A stretch of 64,000 nucleotides of DNA, taken from assembly GCA_037379345.1 (NCBI GenBank), contig CM074524.1, positions 26,780,750-26,844,749 of the forward strand, in the 5' to 3' direction. Origin of the DNA: Perna viridis. Its lineage: Eukaryota. Of the stretch, positions 1-13,400 are shown piece after piece. Below the pieces are notes generated by a model. That model worked only from the letters and a program-made list of their open reading frames with translations, made no database searches and was not told the DNA's origin. A program made the translations under genes and the position numbers. Positions within the stretch are counted from its first letter, which is position 1, and each line of letters opens with the position of its first letter.

Positions 1-202
1 CTGGAGATTTTGAACAGATTGATATTTACCTTACAACACATTTGTTGCGTAGTCAAGCATTTTTTTTCATTGAATGAAACACTTAGAAAAATGATTTTTT
101 TTTGTAAATATTACACGTGGTGCTAAATAAAAAATTTAAAGCATATCTAATATAAATTAATAGAAATACTCAATACCAAAGTTATAGTTACACATAACTT
201 AC

Positions 203-1881
203 CTTTCTTCGAGGAAACTTCTAGGGTACCAAAAGCATCAATTGTTTTATTCAACTTGCTATCTATATTGATTGTAGTCTGTTTCAAAGTATGAAAATCT
301 GTTGAGACAAAAAAATTAGGAAATAACTAGTGGAAACTACAATGTAGTCAGCGGAAACATGTTTAAGTAAAACAACGCCGCACAGAAGATCAGTTGGCAG
401 TTTAACACAGGATTATGGTCATCACTACAAACTTGTTACGACATCATGAACTGTGTATCAATCTACATCATGATAACCGCATCATCGTTTTCCTGTTATC
501 TTTCTTTCACCTCGTATGAGCAACTCGTCGTTTGTTTCTAGATAAGCAGAGGGCGTTTACCCTACTGGTGCAATGTTTCCAGTAATTACAATGTAGTGGA
601 GTCTGGGTTGCTCTTTTACTTTTGTTTCGTATTTTGTTTTTTTTTTTTTTGGTTATTTCAAGTTCTTTGCATTGTGTGTCTACTTTCCTTGACGAGTCTT
701 TATCCCTTGTATCATATTTTTTATTGTTCTCTTTATTGCCATTGAAAATGTATGTTGGTGACACAAATTAAATTTGTAAATAATGTATCATATTAGAAGC
801 TTGGCATGAAATGCCTACACAAGTTTGAAGTGATTCACGGTATAATATCTGCTTTTTGTTGAATTTATAAAAAAGCATAGTAAAAAACATTTAAAAAAGC
901 TGAATAACAAAATAATTTGTTTATATTAAAAAAAAAAATAAAAAGCCGTGGATCCTGCAACACTGAACCTTCATTCCTTGTATTATATTTTGTTGAACTT
1001 CTCGGTGCTGCAATTGGCTTCCTTTTTCGAATTGTTTTGGTTTAAGTAATTCTTGCATACAATTTACTTTTGTATAAAGATCTTCCTTTGCTTTTAGTTC
1101 GTTCTAATGCTGTTTTGAAGAGGCAACCTATTTAAATATTTGCACAGCATACTGAAACTTTATATATTTATTTAAGTTGTGTTTTTATATCTATTACAAT
1201 CAAGTTGATTGGGAACATGCAAGAAATAAATAACCCGCTGTCATTTACATGACTATATGTTTTGAAATTTGCGGAACATTTCAAAATACGTATTGAGAAG
1301 CCTCAAATTCAATACGGTTTTCTCCAGATTTTTTTAAATGTTAGATTGATACTGGAGGCATATATATGAAATGTATTACATGATAGTACCTTCTTCCGTA
1401 CGATTTTCAAAATCATCATAACGTGCTTTGGTTTTCTGTAGATCTGAATCTGATTCTTTTGCTGTTTTCCTCAGCAGATCTATTTCTAGAGTAAAAAAGA
1501 TTTCCGAGTATGAAAGTTTCAACCTACAGGTAGGTCATTTCCATACAAGAGTGTTAAGCGAACACAATGTGCCCATTTATGAAAACCAAAGCAAAGAAGG
1601 AAAAAAAACATTCAGGTAATTTGTTCTAATAAAAATCTTATGAATTCTTCATGAAGCAGCTAAACTGTTTTTTTTTTATGTCTTAGTTATTTACATTTAT
1701 ATTTTACATAAAATGACTAAGAACAAGAATGTAAAAAAAACTTAAAGTATTACAAGTTCCCGATATTGTGATCTTTGAAACATACCTTCTTGTGTCGTAC
1801 TCATTTGCCTCTTCAAATCGTTAACAACTGTATAAAATTCATTTTTCATGTCGCCTAACTCATAAACAACATGTTGTACTT
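203..1881 (-). CDS. Partial gene (continues beyond left edge or is decayed): three 96-nt phase-1/phase-1 exons at 1881-1786, 1485-1390 and 298-203 encoding coiled-coil-like segments
   Basis: Each exon has a pyrimidine-rich AG acceptor and a G|GT donor (gtatgt, gtacta, gtaagt), is exactly 96 nt and is open in phase 1. Translations: EVQHVVYELGDMKNEFYTVVNDLKRQMSTTQE / EIDLLRKTAKESDSDLQKTKARYDDFENRTEE / DFHTLKQTTINIDSKLNKTIDAFGTLEVSSKK. No start or stop codon located. Confidence 0.6.
400..770 (+). mobile_element. Diverged Penelope-like (Naiad-type) 3'-end fragment
   Basis: Contains atgagcaactcg...tttctagataagcagagggcgtttaccctactggtgca...gttgctc, homologous to the 3' UTR of the element at 44545-48070 and the copy at 57762-58368. 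Boundaries approximate. Confidence 0.6.
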
Positions 1882-4457
1882 CTGAAAGTAATCAAAGGTT
1901 TTAATGTTAATCATAACCACATAATGCAACGTTATTCTTTTTCCAACATGGTAACTGTTTTACATCTTGGCTTAAACTACATTCAATTATGGGAAGTGTC
2001 AAAGACAGTCTGCAAATAAGTATTGAAAAGATGTACTATTGTTGACACTATGTTTGTTTTCCTTTTTTAGTTTTAGTTTTGTTTCTAATTTTTGTTCTCT
2101 AGTTGTTTTTATTTTATTTTTGTGTGTTTGTTTTTTTATCGTTTCAAACGAAAATACCTACATCTACATGTATTTCTTCTGATTGTTAAGGTTGTTCTCG
2201 TCGGAAAGAGCTGTTTGAGACTGACCCTGCTAAGAGTTTATTTTTAAAGCTCAGAACTATTCCCCCGAAACCAAAAAAATATAATATCGTTAAAATCTTT
2301 TGAACCATGATTACACAAAACCCCAAAGCTGTATATGTTTGCACAAATACAGACCGCAGTACTATTCGGAAAGGCTTCGATGTCTCCCTAGTTACCCAAT
2401 TTTACGTTATAAAATAAAACGACTTACGGTAAATGACTTAATATAGATCTTTCAGGCCGTAAGTCTTGCCCTCAACATCGATCTTAGAATATATTTTGAG
2501 ATGATGTGTTTAGGAATTAGCGCCGAAAAACTGGTGTTTTTTGTGATTTTGCGTTTTGAACGGATATACATGTAGTGTAACGCAACAAATATTCGTATAG
2601 CTGTAATCCGGAATACATGTAATTTCAGAGATCACCAAAATGTTTTTTTGCTAGTGTAAAGACTTCTTAAAGTAAGCGTTGAAAGGCCCGGATAATAACA
2701 GTAATAACATCTATAGTAACAGAACGATGACTGACAATTCTTTAAAATCCAACTAAAAAGCGATGTAACGGCAAGGAAGACACATTAATGACCAACATAT
2801 CTTAGTTGTGGAGATGTACAATTAATCTGCAGTCGCCTTGAACTAGTTATATAAGGCCTTAACCATTCCCCTTTTAACTAAGATCAAAGGTGAACTGAAA
2901 CATCCAACAAACTATAACCAAAATAATTATTAAGTAATGATATTTTAAACCGGAAGTGACTGATTGTTTCTTGAAGCTAGCTCATACATAACAAAAGTCC
3001 CTAGCAACTACGATTGTGCTTTATTAGGTTAAGAAGGTAAAAAATAATAAAGATATGATATTTTGATACCGGAAATGATTTGCTTTCCTTGGTAACCATA
3101 TTTATTTAGATTAGAAGGTCCGAAACGACAAAAATATTTTTCCCTGGCAACATGTCCCTTTCATTTGTTAAAAAATGGATCTTTAAGGTGCTGCAAAGGT
3201 CAAAATCTAGGACATTAATTAATAGATTATTTTTAGTCAAGATGTTATGAATGCAATTATTACGTTCCTGAAAACTTAGCTAAATGCTTCTTTATACAGC
3301 GTTCTACATACTATGCTTATTTCCTGCCTTTACAACACATGTTACTACAGCCATATTTTGCTAATAACAGAAGTGTATTTTACATCAAATTTTAAAATAA
3401 ATGTACAGATTTACGAGAACAGATTTTCGTTCGGATATGCAAGTATGCTGCAGTCTAAATATGCAGTGCAGTGTAAGCTAGTAATAATTTGTGACAAATT
3501 GCCAGATTTAAACGAAAATTTAATGTTATGTTTATTGGTGTTGGTAATTGGATCATGGCATAAAATATCTCAATTCATCTAAATTTAAAGAAATGGCATT
3601 TTTTTTCAAGAAATTTAATGCTAACTTACACTGCCTAATACATTCAGGAACAGGCTGTATGAATTTCAGACTCCAAATCTTGTTAGCTGTAGATTTATTC
3701 TTTTAAAAATATGTTGTTTACACTTTGTTTTTAATGTTATGTAGAAGTTATAAAACATTTGTCCCAGGTTTGACTTGTGCTAATATGTGAAATTCATATG
3801 AAGATGCATTTGGCAATACTTCAATGCTAAATTTAATTTTTTATTAACACTGTGAATGAAAACATTTCATTAAGGAATATCCTAGATATTGACTTAAGCG
3901 GAACCTTAATGCTACTTTCGATTCGTGTGGTAAGTTACTTGAAACATTGAAACAATAATGGCCCGATTACTATAATGTGGCCCTATATTTGGACATGTTC
4001 TCCGGAATGAAGATGTAACAATGGCGCGTTGATTTGTTATACACATACATGTATATTTTCTTTTTAAAAATTATAATTATATTGTGTCGTATATAATACT
4101 GACCTTTTCTTAAAAAATCGATTTTTGTCTTGCATTCCGATTTGAATTGCAGCATTTTCCTTTCATTTTCATACACATAGTATGCGAAGACCAATACAAT
4201 TAAGGACTGCATACAAATGAGTACAAACCCCATTGCAAACGAGCGGTAATGATTGTTTATAACTGAACGGGTATATTCATGCTAATGTATGCAAGTTTAT
4301 ATTTAGATCTCTCGCTCTGTTGATATTTAAATATACCTTTCGTCAAATTGACATATTGTGTGGTATTTTTAAGCTTTAGTGCTATTAGTCCGATAAAATC
4401 ACGGGTATGTATGATTAATCAAAAGATTTCAAAGTCGCAACTGTTTTTCTACATATG

Positions 4458-4830
4458 TAGTCCATACAATTATAAAATTAAGATACTGGCTATGGTAGAG
4501 GTAATTCATGGTATAGAAAAAAAAAAACACTGAACAAATGATGCTGTTTCGGTCTACATATGTTACTTTGTATATTGCTACATTGTAAGTAACGATTGTC
4601 ATGTCTGTATTTAGATCTGTATTTTTTTTAGAAAACCAAACACACATATCCCACGTGCAATCAAACCAAACCAAGAACGATAACTTTTTCATACACAATC
4701 CATGAATGTGCAACAACCGAAGAACTAATACTTGTTATGTGGTCCGTAACTATTTCTAAATAATAAATAAAAGTTAATTCGGTGGGTTTTGACACGCAAA
4801 AATCACTGCTACTCTATGGCAGAGCCTCTA
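4458..4830. repeat. Interspersed non-autonomous repeat (related copies at ~9022-9420, 18161-18728 and 25065-25440)
   Basis: Shared colinear blocks (agtccatacaa..., ttcggtctacata, gtatt(t/c)agatctgtatttt, aagaacgataact, gtgggtttttgaca) with the 25065-25440 copy and more diverged copies at 9 kb and 18 kb. Confidence 0.55.
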
Positions 4831-4975
4831 AAACATTCTCTTAGTATGTATGACAGTCCCGTGTCAAACTTATTCTACTATGTATTGTAATTTTACAAGG
4901 TTTTAAACTTTGACAAATTTTCACTTAGTTCACTTAAAGTGGTTTTTGTCCTGGTCTAATAAATGGCAAAATCAC

Positions 4976-5165
4976 CTGATCGCAATTATGTTTCCCGATT
5001 GGCCAAATACTAATAACTTAGTGTCGTTCGAAAAAAAAAAACTGTATCGAAATTTGAAATTGCGTGCCACGTATAATTTCCTGAATGAAATGCGGAAAAT
5101 TATAAGTAAAACGAACAAAAGTTTACTGCTTCGGCTATCTTTTTTTCAAAGATAATACTTGTTTG
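4976..5165. repeat. Interspersed repeat fragment, homologous to 59892-60075
   Basis: ctgatcgcaatt(a/c)tgtttcccgattgg(c/t)caaatact...tcggctatctttttt...aaagata(a/g)tacttgttt is present at both loci in the same orientation. Confidence 0.65.
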
Positions 5166-5503
5166 TTCTCTTAACGTAGCCACAGCAATTGGACTTCTTA
5201 AGAATGAGTGCAATTCGTAAGATCGGACCAAAATGATATAAAATGGTTCAAAGTTGAATCGATCAACTTCTACTTGGATATGTACACGATATCCATGTTT
5301 GTAGAGTCAATCATAATTTTTACTGCAAACCTCTACTAAGACTTCTCTAATTATGTTGGCATAGCACGATAACCAAAAACAGAAACGTCTTTGAAATAGA
5401 GACTGGTTTATTAAACTTAACAATAAATTTATTTGGTAAACTGGTGATATTGGCATTCAGTTTTCTGGCAGCTTTCCCTTTCTGTAAAAGTTTTGTTGAA
5501 GAC

Positions 5504-7223
5504 TTATTTCAATGCCAACTGTTGCTGATGCTGGTAAGAATCTTTCCGAATTACACACTTATTTTTTAAACCTACAACAAGATAAATGAGTTATTATTCA
5601 GATATTGTATACAGTTATAAAATAACAAAGTTAAGCCGTACATGTAGTATTGGAAAGTGTAATTATGTACATGTAGTAATTTACACTTATTGCTTTGGAG
5701 AGTCATTTTGAGGAGGCGTTGGTCTAGTGGAGTCAGTATAACAGACATACGGACATCATACATTTGATTACGGTAACAAACATTGTCAACTTCATAAAAC
5801 TTTATTTCAATAGTTTTTTCTTTCATTATTTTCATTCTACACGTGGCATTTCAAAAATGAGAATAATAATATTAATATTGCTTTCTGAGTTTAGACAGAT
5901 ATGTGTCAGATTCAAAAAAAGAGCAATAACTGTATAAGAGCAATACTGGCTTGAAATAAATACACAGATCATTTAAGAATCAATAAAATTCAGACACTGC
6001 CTATGATAGTGATGATTGATGGTGTAGAAAAAAATCAAATCTATATGGGTCTACACACACTATATTTTTACGTAACAATAGTCGTTTTCGTAATTGGATC
6101 TGGTCTGAGTTTCATAAAAATATCTTATACAGAGGATCTTCTCAAATCCTCAGTTTATCCTCAATTTCAGGTGATATGATTGGTTGGAATTTGAGTTGAG
6201 AAAATATTTTGGGAAAATCTCAAATTGAGACTTTTATTGAAACCGAGCACAGAACTTCTGTGAAAATCTAAAATTCATCTCCCACTTACATAAATGAAAT
6301 CAAGATCAGTTACCAATTTCATAGAAAATCTATATTTTTCTATGTAAAAAGTGCGATAACCGCATGAAAAAATATAATGAATATGTAGTCTTTAAGTGTT
6401 TTTGAATAAGAATGCATGAATCACCTCCTGCTTTAATATAAAAAGAAAATGCTACTTAAGTTTCGACACATATCGTTATGTATGCATTGGACCCATCAAA
6501 CAATGTACTTGACATCTAAGGGTATACATGGTTTTGAAACAGATACAGAAAAAAACATTAACTTACATTTTAACCAAGTCTATTTCCGGTGGCGTTGGTG
6601 TATTGGAGAAGGAGAAGGAATCCAAACACTAAAAAAAATTATATAATTAAAATAACATCTTTTATTTTAGAGTTGGTACTATTTTTTTTCTCGTGTTTTT
6701 TTTTAATCATTTTTTATCATTTTAGTTATTGTTTTTTTTACGTGTAAAATCTTTCTTATATGATGTAACACATGTGTTTGGCGTGTCAAAGGAAAGATTA
6801 AAACTTGAAAAAAGGTCATTTTAAATGTCAGAATGTTTTTTTTTAAATTACTATGGAATTCATAGTTTTATGAACTTTGTGTGTAGTCTTTTATTGAATA
6901 CATTATACATATGTAAAATATCTAATGTAGAAAACATATATGATTCAACATTCCTACTGATATGTATTAAGAATATCTAAAATGATTGATAACATGTGGC
7001 AAATTATAAAACAAGTAATCAGACTGTTGAACTTACAGTAGTTAAGGATTTTAGCATTCTGGTACTGAGCTGTGGCAACGTTTCCAGTATTGTACAGGGC
7101 ATTCTGGCGGGCATAGGTCTGGTAAGCTCCACCATATCCGTATGGGTACTGATGTACGAACTGAGCACTGACCAAGGCGGCCAAAACACAGGGCACAATT
7201 ACCAGAAGAATGGACTTGTTCAT
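5504..7223 (-). CDS. Small secreted Tyr/Gln-rich orphan protein (~97 aa); coding exons 7223-7037, 5723-5685, 5571-5504; non-coding exon 1 at ~7857-7833
   Basis: ATG 7223 follows a tttttttcag acceptor (exon from 7239). Signal peptide MNKSILLVIVPCVLAALVSA, then QFVHQYPYGYGGAYQTYARQNALYNTGNVATAQYQNAKILNY; donor gtaagt at 7036 (phase 1). A 39-nt phase-1 exon (YQRLLKMTLQSNK) and a last exon (CLKNKCVIRKDSYQHQQQLALK*) keep frame. AATAAA at 5433-5428. The first coding exon is strong; the 3' exons are less certain. Confidence 0.75.
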
Positions 7224-7879
7224 CTTGATACGAAGAAATCTGAAAAAAAAATTTGCGACATATTTCCAATAACTTTTTCCATATGCATGGCTAAAGTAAG
7301 TCTTAAAATTGTTTTTAATGTAACTGATAGATAAAGCATGTTTACAACTAAACACGACGATACAAAATTTTAGGCGTTTTGAGATTTAACGTCATGGCGG
7401 AGTCAAATTCGAGATTTAAAATTTATAAATTTCGGAAAAACCTCAATTAACAAAAGCTGGGATTGAATTTCTCTTGAATGTATTAAATTTGTTTATCTCA
7501 ATTATACATTTCGATAAACCTTATTATCTATAAATGGTATACGTACATGTATCAATTAGCGGCAGAATCAAGTCTTACAATGTATTTATTATTTTTTTAA
7601 ATTTAATTAATGTAGACCGAAAATAAAGAAGTAAATAAAAATGAAGAATGTAAGAACGTCTGTTGACTATAATGGGTATTTTGGTACGAAAGTAAATAAA
7701 TGAAGTTCGTGTGAAAACGGAAAAGCATCAAAATGTCTATTTACTTCTCGGTAACCCCATTTTAGCATATCAAATTTGAAAAAAAAAAAACAGTTGAGTG
7801 AGACCTTATATATGTTAAGAGATATTCCTTACCGACTACGACCAATGCCAAATAGTGAAGACTATCGTAGAGTCTATCC

Positions 7880-7887
7880 TTTTTATA
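7880..7887 (-). promoter_or_regulatory. TATA box of the small secreted-protein gene
   Basis: TATAAAAA on the minus strand, about 30 nt upstream of a short putative first exon that ends in a gtaag donor at 7832. Confidence 0.6.
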
Positions 7888-9535
7888 CCCCTATCGCCGT
7901 GAGATGAAAGGAACAGATATAGACTATTTCCGTGTGTAAACTCGCTTCCGGGTGAGTTAAAATTATTCAATTACATGTATATTTTTGGGCGACATATGTA
8001 CATGCATATCACAAATTAAAAAAAAAACGATCATTTTGTTTGACCAGAAAAATTACATGTAAACTATGCGTGACTTGTTTATGTTTTAATACTACATAAA
8101 GATGTATAACAAGTCCATACAATTTATGTTCCAATATTTTTAGAACTACTTTTACAAGTAGTATAACATTTGTATTCAGTAATTAACCCGTTGGATATAT
8201 GTCTATTCAGCGCCTTATAGTACTGTATGCCTGAGCTATATGGACATTTTTACTTGTTGTACATGTGTTTTCGCTGTGATTTGTAATTTAAGTATAAAAT
8301 TTGTGCCTTTGTTTGTTTTTTTTTATTTTGTTGTTGTTTTGGTCTGTTGTTATTTTTTATTGTGTTTTGTTGCTTTGTTTGTTTGTTCTTTGTTATTTTT
8401 GTTTTTGTTATTTTTTTTGTTTGTTTGTTTTGTTTGTTTGTTTTTTGGTTCTCATGATTTTTTGGTTTTTCGGTACATATCGAGATGCAATAATAATAGC
8501 AATCAAAAAGAACAGTTCCTCTTTATACGTACATGTTATATTCCAGAATCGCAAAAATACAAGTAATGCATGTATCATATGACCAATTATATATAATGAA
8601 GAGTACCAAAAAGTCTATAGTTTTATATTTAAGTATATAATAGCACCATGCAATTTTGCATGAAAAATTCTCGTTCCGCAAAAAAACTTGAACGGCATTT
8701 ATTACTTAGTCTAGTTCAAATTGAAAATTCAATATTCAGACGTATTCGCTACCATTGTATTTTTATTCACAGTACGCATGTCCGAGATGATACTCTAGTT
8801 AGTTAAAGATGGACCCTGAAATCTGTAATTTTTTTTAGTTTATTAATTTGTTTTAAGATAAATAAATATCTGTTGACATAATTATGTGGCCATCTCTACA
8901 ATTTGCTCCAACTACCATGTACCCACGTAAGTTCTGAATTCTGCACTAGTATATTTCTGTTTTTTTTTCTAAATTGAAGGTTTTATCATCGTATTGCATT
9001 CTTTTCTTCTTAATATATACATTAAGTACCAGTCCACATAAAATTCAGAAACTGCCAATAGTAAAGTGCTTCATGATGTAGAACAATGCTTTTTCTATCT
9101 ACATACGCTATATATTAACATAACGATAGATCTGCACTTTTGACAAAATCTTACATTTATCTCCCATTAAATTCAGCCAATTTGAAATCGAACAAAATCA
9201 AGAACGATAACTCTTGCAAAATGCCAATTTCAAGTACAATCTATACAATTTTTATCTCATAAACGCAAACTTCAAATGAAAAAAAGTTAGACTGGGTATG
9301 TGATCAATAGCTGTTTCTGAACAAGGAATTAAAGTGAGTACGTCGGGTTTTTTTAAATGCAAGAATCACTTTCTCTCTGATTTTTGTAAAGAATGCTATT
9401 TAAATGTTTAGGTAACCTTACTTTTTTTAAGGTTAATGACACATGATTGTATTCAAGTGCAAATGATATAAGTTATGAGTTGTGACCAACAATCGTTGAT
9501 ACATTTGTAGCACTTGTGCAAGTGTATAAAATAGT

Positions 9536-9693
9536 AAGTGGCGGGTCTAGTGGCCCAATTCCGGGTCTGGGTTGGAACCCTTTTTTAAAATTCTGTTACG
9601 TTTTTGCAGAATTTGGACAAAAATTAGCAAATAATAGCCTAGAATTTCTCTTTCACTCACACTCCAATTTCAAAATATCTAGAACCGCACCTG
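9536..9693. mobile_element. MITE with degenerate AGTGGCGG(A/G)TC...GA(T/A)CCGC termini
   Basis: Ends agtggcgggtctag ... ctagaaccgcacctg; same family as 30577-30757 (shared gggttggaaccc). Confidence 0.5.
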
Positions 9694-10418
9694 AAAGGCG
9701 TAGAGCGTAACAAATTATGGTTTTGGCGATAATGTATAAAATTTACCATGACATTCTAATTGAAATGATACATGTGTAATGACAAATTTCCATCTGCACG
9801 TTACACACATGTAGACACAGTAGTACCCGTCACTTTGAGTTCCACATCAGTGAAAGACTATTATACATGGTGTATGCGGCTACATGTACAGATGAATTAC
9901 AGCTTGCAACATGTTAGTGAGCATCAAGATTTTTTTTCTAATCCACTGTAAATGAGAATGTTTTAAGTAGTAACAGGTTTGCAAAGGCCGGATATTACGA
10001 TTTTTTTTCGTCTAATTCGGGACTGTGTATTAATTTGCAAAACGTAGACTTTACGTCTTATTTCATACATTGTTCAGTGTTTTTATAAACAGTTGTCTCT
10101 TATTACCCTACATTCTATGAATCAAATCTGTATCTCTCCTTAATAAGTGACTGTCTGACCTAACAACAACAACAAACGACACGTGTTAATTGTCACAGTT
10201 GTTAATTGCTTCTCGGTTATCAAATTAAATTTAGCGGTTTCAAAAAATGATTTAAAGCTGCATTAGCTGGCAAATGTGTTCAGTTTTGATTCTACTGAAT
10301 TTTGCTGATTCAATGAAATAAGTTTGTAGTCATGCAATTGAAGCTATAAATGTCGATAATACCTACAGAATATTGTGAAAACAACGTTTTTTTTTTAATC
10401 GGAGAAGATCGATAGTTC

Positions 10419-13400
10419 AAATCAAAATCAGATCAAATAAGCTTTATTTAAAGTCGGCAAGTTATGTAACAAAATAACATAATCTCTTAAAGAGCTTTTA
10501 TAACCGACATAAAGTGAATAATAAAACAGTGAGTGCATGCATACATGTAAGACAATACATAAAACGAGACATAAATAAAATATGACGAAGACAAGTTAAG
10601 ACATTTACAAGCACTTATAAGGAAATTAAATGCAAAGCAAGCAATAAGCTGTTTAATAAAACTAGTAGCGTAAATTTAAGGAAGATAAGCAATCAAAACA
10701 TCAATAAACATAAACAGGACCACACAGAGAACAATAGGATTTAGGTGCGCTGCTTCAGTCATGGTAACATAAATCATGTTTTACAGGCAACACAGGAGCA
10801 GTTTTTTCCCTCCCAGCTCGAAATCATAGATTTAAATTGATTAAAATTTGAGCACTGTCTGTACTCATCAGGAAGAGAGTTCCAGAGGACTGGAGCAGCA
10901 TACCTAAATGATTGTTTCCCATACCTTGTTGTTTTTACATGAAGGATCTGTAATAAGTTACTGTATCTGAAATTATAAGTATGATTTTGTTTACAGATTA
11001 AACCGGATAATACAGGTGGTGCTTGATTATGTAAAATTTTAAAAGTTTCTAGTGCCATGGCTCTAACACGGCTTATATGTAGTGAAGGCATTTTTGCCTT
11101 TATTAAAAGATCCTCATATAGAGTTATAATCATAATACACATACCGTAATGCTCTTTCTTGTATTTTTTCTATTTTCTTTATATTGGCAATTGAACAAAA
11201 GTGCCAAGAAAGGAGACAAAAATTAAAATTTGACAATATAAATGTATGAAAAATAGTAAGTCTACTTAGTTTACAAAGATTTCTACCAACTCTTTTTTTT
11301 AAATATTCATATGTTGTACAGCTTTTGTACAAATATTTTTAATATGACTATCAAAATTTAACATAAAATCTATATCAACACCTAGGAGGTTGACTGTCTA
11401 TTCACATGTCAAATTAATATTACCAATTCTAAAAGAAGGAGACCTTTCAGCAGACTTTTTACCTACAGCAATCGCCTGAAATTTTTCAGGGTTAGCCTGT
11501 ATGCAGTTAACTTGAAACCAATCAATAAATTTTACTTTCTGTTTCTAAAACATGTACTAGATCATCATAACTAGAAGAACAGTATGACAAAGTATTGTCC
11601 TCTGCATACTTATAAAGATTTCCCTTTTCAATGAAATAAAAAATGTCATTGATAAATACATTAAATAGTAAAGGCCCCAGTATTGATCCCTGGGGTACAC
11701 CTTTTTCAATATCTGCCCATTGGCTTACAATACCACCTATCTTTATTTGTTGTTTTCTACTTGATAAATAAGATAAAAGTAGATTACAGGCTTCTTCAGA
11801 CAGGCCATAGGAAGACAGTTTACACATCAAAATATTGTGGGGAAGGCAGTCAAACGCTTTAGATAAATCCATAAGAATAGCAGGCAAAAAGTGATTTCGT
11901 TCCAAAGCAAGTTTCCAATCTTCCAAAAGTTTTAGCAGAGTTGTTTGACAGCCATGTCCTTTCCTGAATGCACACAAAAAGTTATCAAATATATTTTCGA
12001 AGAAATTTGAGAGTTGCTCTGCCTTCAATTTTTCGAATAGGGAGAATATTGACAGGTCTATAGTTGTTTTTCAGGAAAGGATCGCTCTTTTTGTAGATAG
12101 GTGTAACCTGTGCTTCCTTTAGCCTGTCTGGAAAAGAACTAGTTTCTATAGAAAAATTGATCATATCAGTAATTGGTTTTACAATTGATGAGCTGCAACA
12201 TTTTATCAATTTTACAGAAATTTTATCAACACCTGTAGCCTTTTTTGTATCAAATTTGCTTATAATTTTGGCTACTTTTTCCTCACTGGTGGGTTGAAAA
12301 GTAAAGCAATTTTCTCAAACATTTTATCTTCAATTTTCTCCAAACTAGGATGATTATCTTTGTCAAAATTGTAATCTTTTCCAATATCTTTGGCTACGCT
12401 TATAAAAAAGTATTAAAAACTTCTGCCACTTCTTCATTTTTTGAAATAACATTTTCATTTTCTTGCAGAATAATTTTTGAATCTGAACTTTTACATTTCT
12501 TTGAAAAATGAGGCTTTATAGTTTGCCAGAGATCCTTTTATTTTCATGCTCCAGTGAATCGTTCTAAAAAATACTTATTCTCTGATTTACGTTTTAGTTT
12601 GTTAACAAGATTTCGTCTAATTCTATACTGTTCCCATGTTTTAGAATTCTTATTTTTTAAATATTTGGTATAATACATTTTCTTGTCATAGATTGCCTTC
12701 CGAATTCCCTGTTCATATAAGGAACCTGATTTTGCTTCCTGTACATTGTTTTTATAGGAGTATGTTTATCAAAAATGGTTGACAGTTTATTTTCAAAACA
12801 CTCATTTATGTTGGTACTTTGGTCTTGGTAGGTTGGTTTATCGATATTTGCAATAACTTCATTTAATGCATTGATATCTAGTGTTCGGAAACTAATATAG
12901 TTTATTTTCTGTTTTTCTTGGACAGGAATAGAGTTATTGATAACTGTACAGATCATATTATGGCAGTCACTAATTCCTGTTGAAAAATTTAGTGTTCTAA
13001 TGCATTGTTTCCTGTTGTTTGTTAATATGATGTCAATCATTGAAGGTGTGCAGTTTTTCATGTTGGTTCCTTGACTAAGTTGGATAAGTCAAAAAGCTCA
13101 ACTAGATCAAAAAGTACTTTTCTTTTTTGGGACACAAAAGATCATAATTAATGTCACCAATTATCATATTATTATCATAATGCGTAATACATTTGTCGAG
13201 AGTTTTTGTAATATTCTCACGAAAGATCGTATCATTCATATTTGGTGGCCTATAGACACAGATTATACACCATTTAGTTTTATTCAGGATTACCTCATAT
13301 ATGATGTTTTCAAGGGTCTTGCACTCTAGGTCTGGTCGTCTCCCTGCAGGGATATCTGATCTGATGAACGTCGCAATACCTTTGGCTCGGGAATCTCTAT

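Noticed and set aside
969-1127. Additional exon of the left-edge coiled-coil gene
   Set aside because: Splice-like ends exist but no frame is open with compatible phase; may be a dead exon.
8240-8582. Two overlapping hydrophobic ORFs (108 and 93 aa)
   Set aside because: Produced by a T/G-rich low-complexity tract (tttgtt repeats); no splice or homology support.
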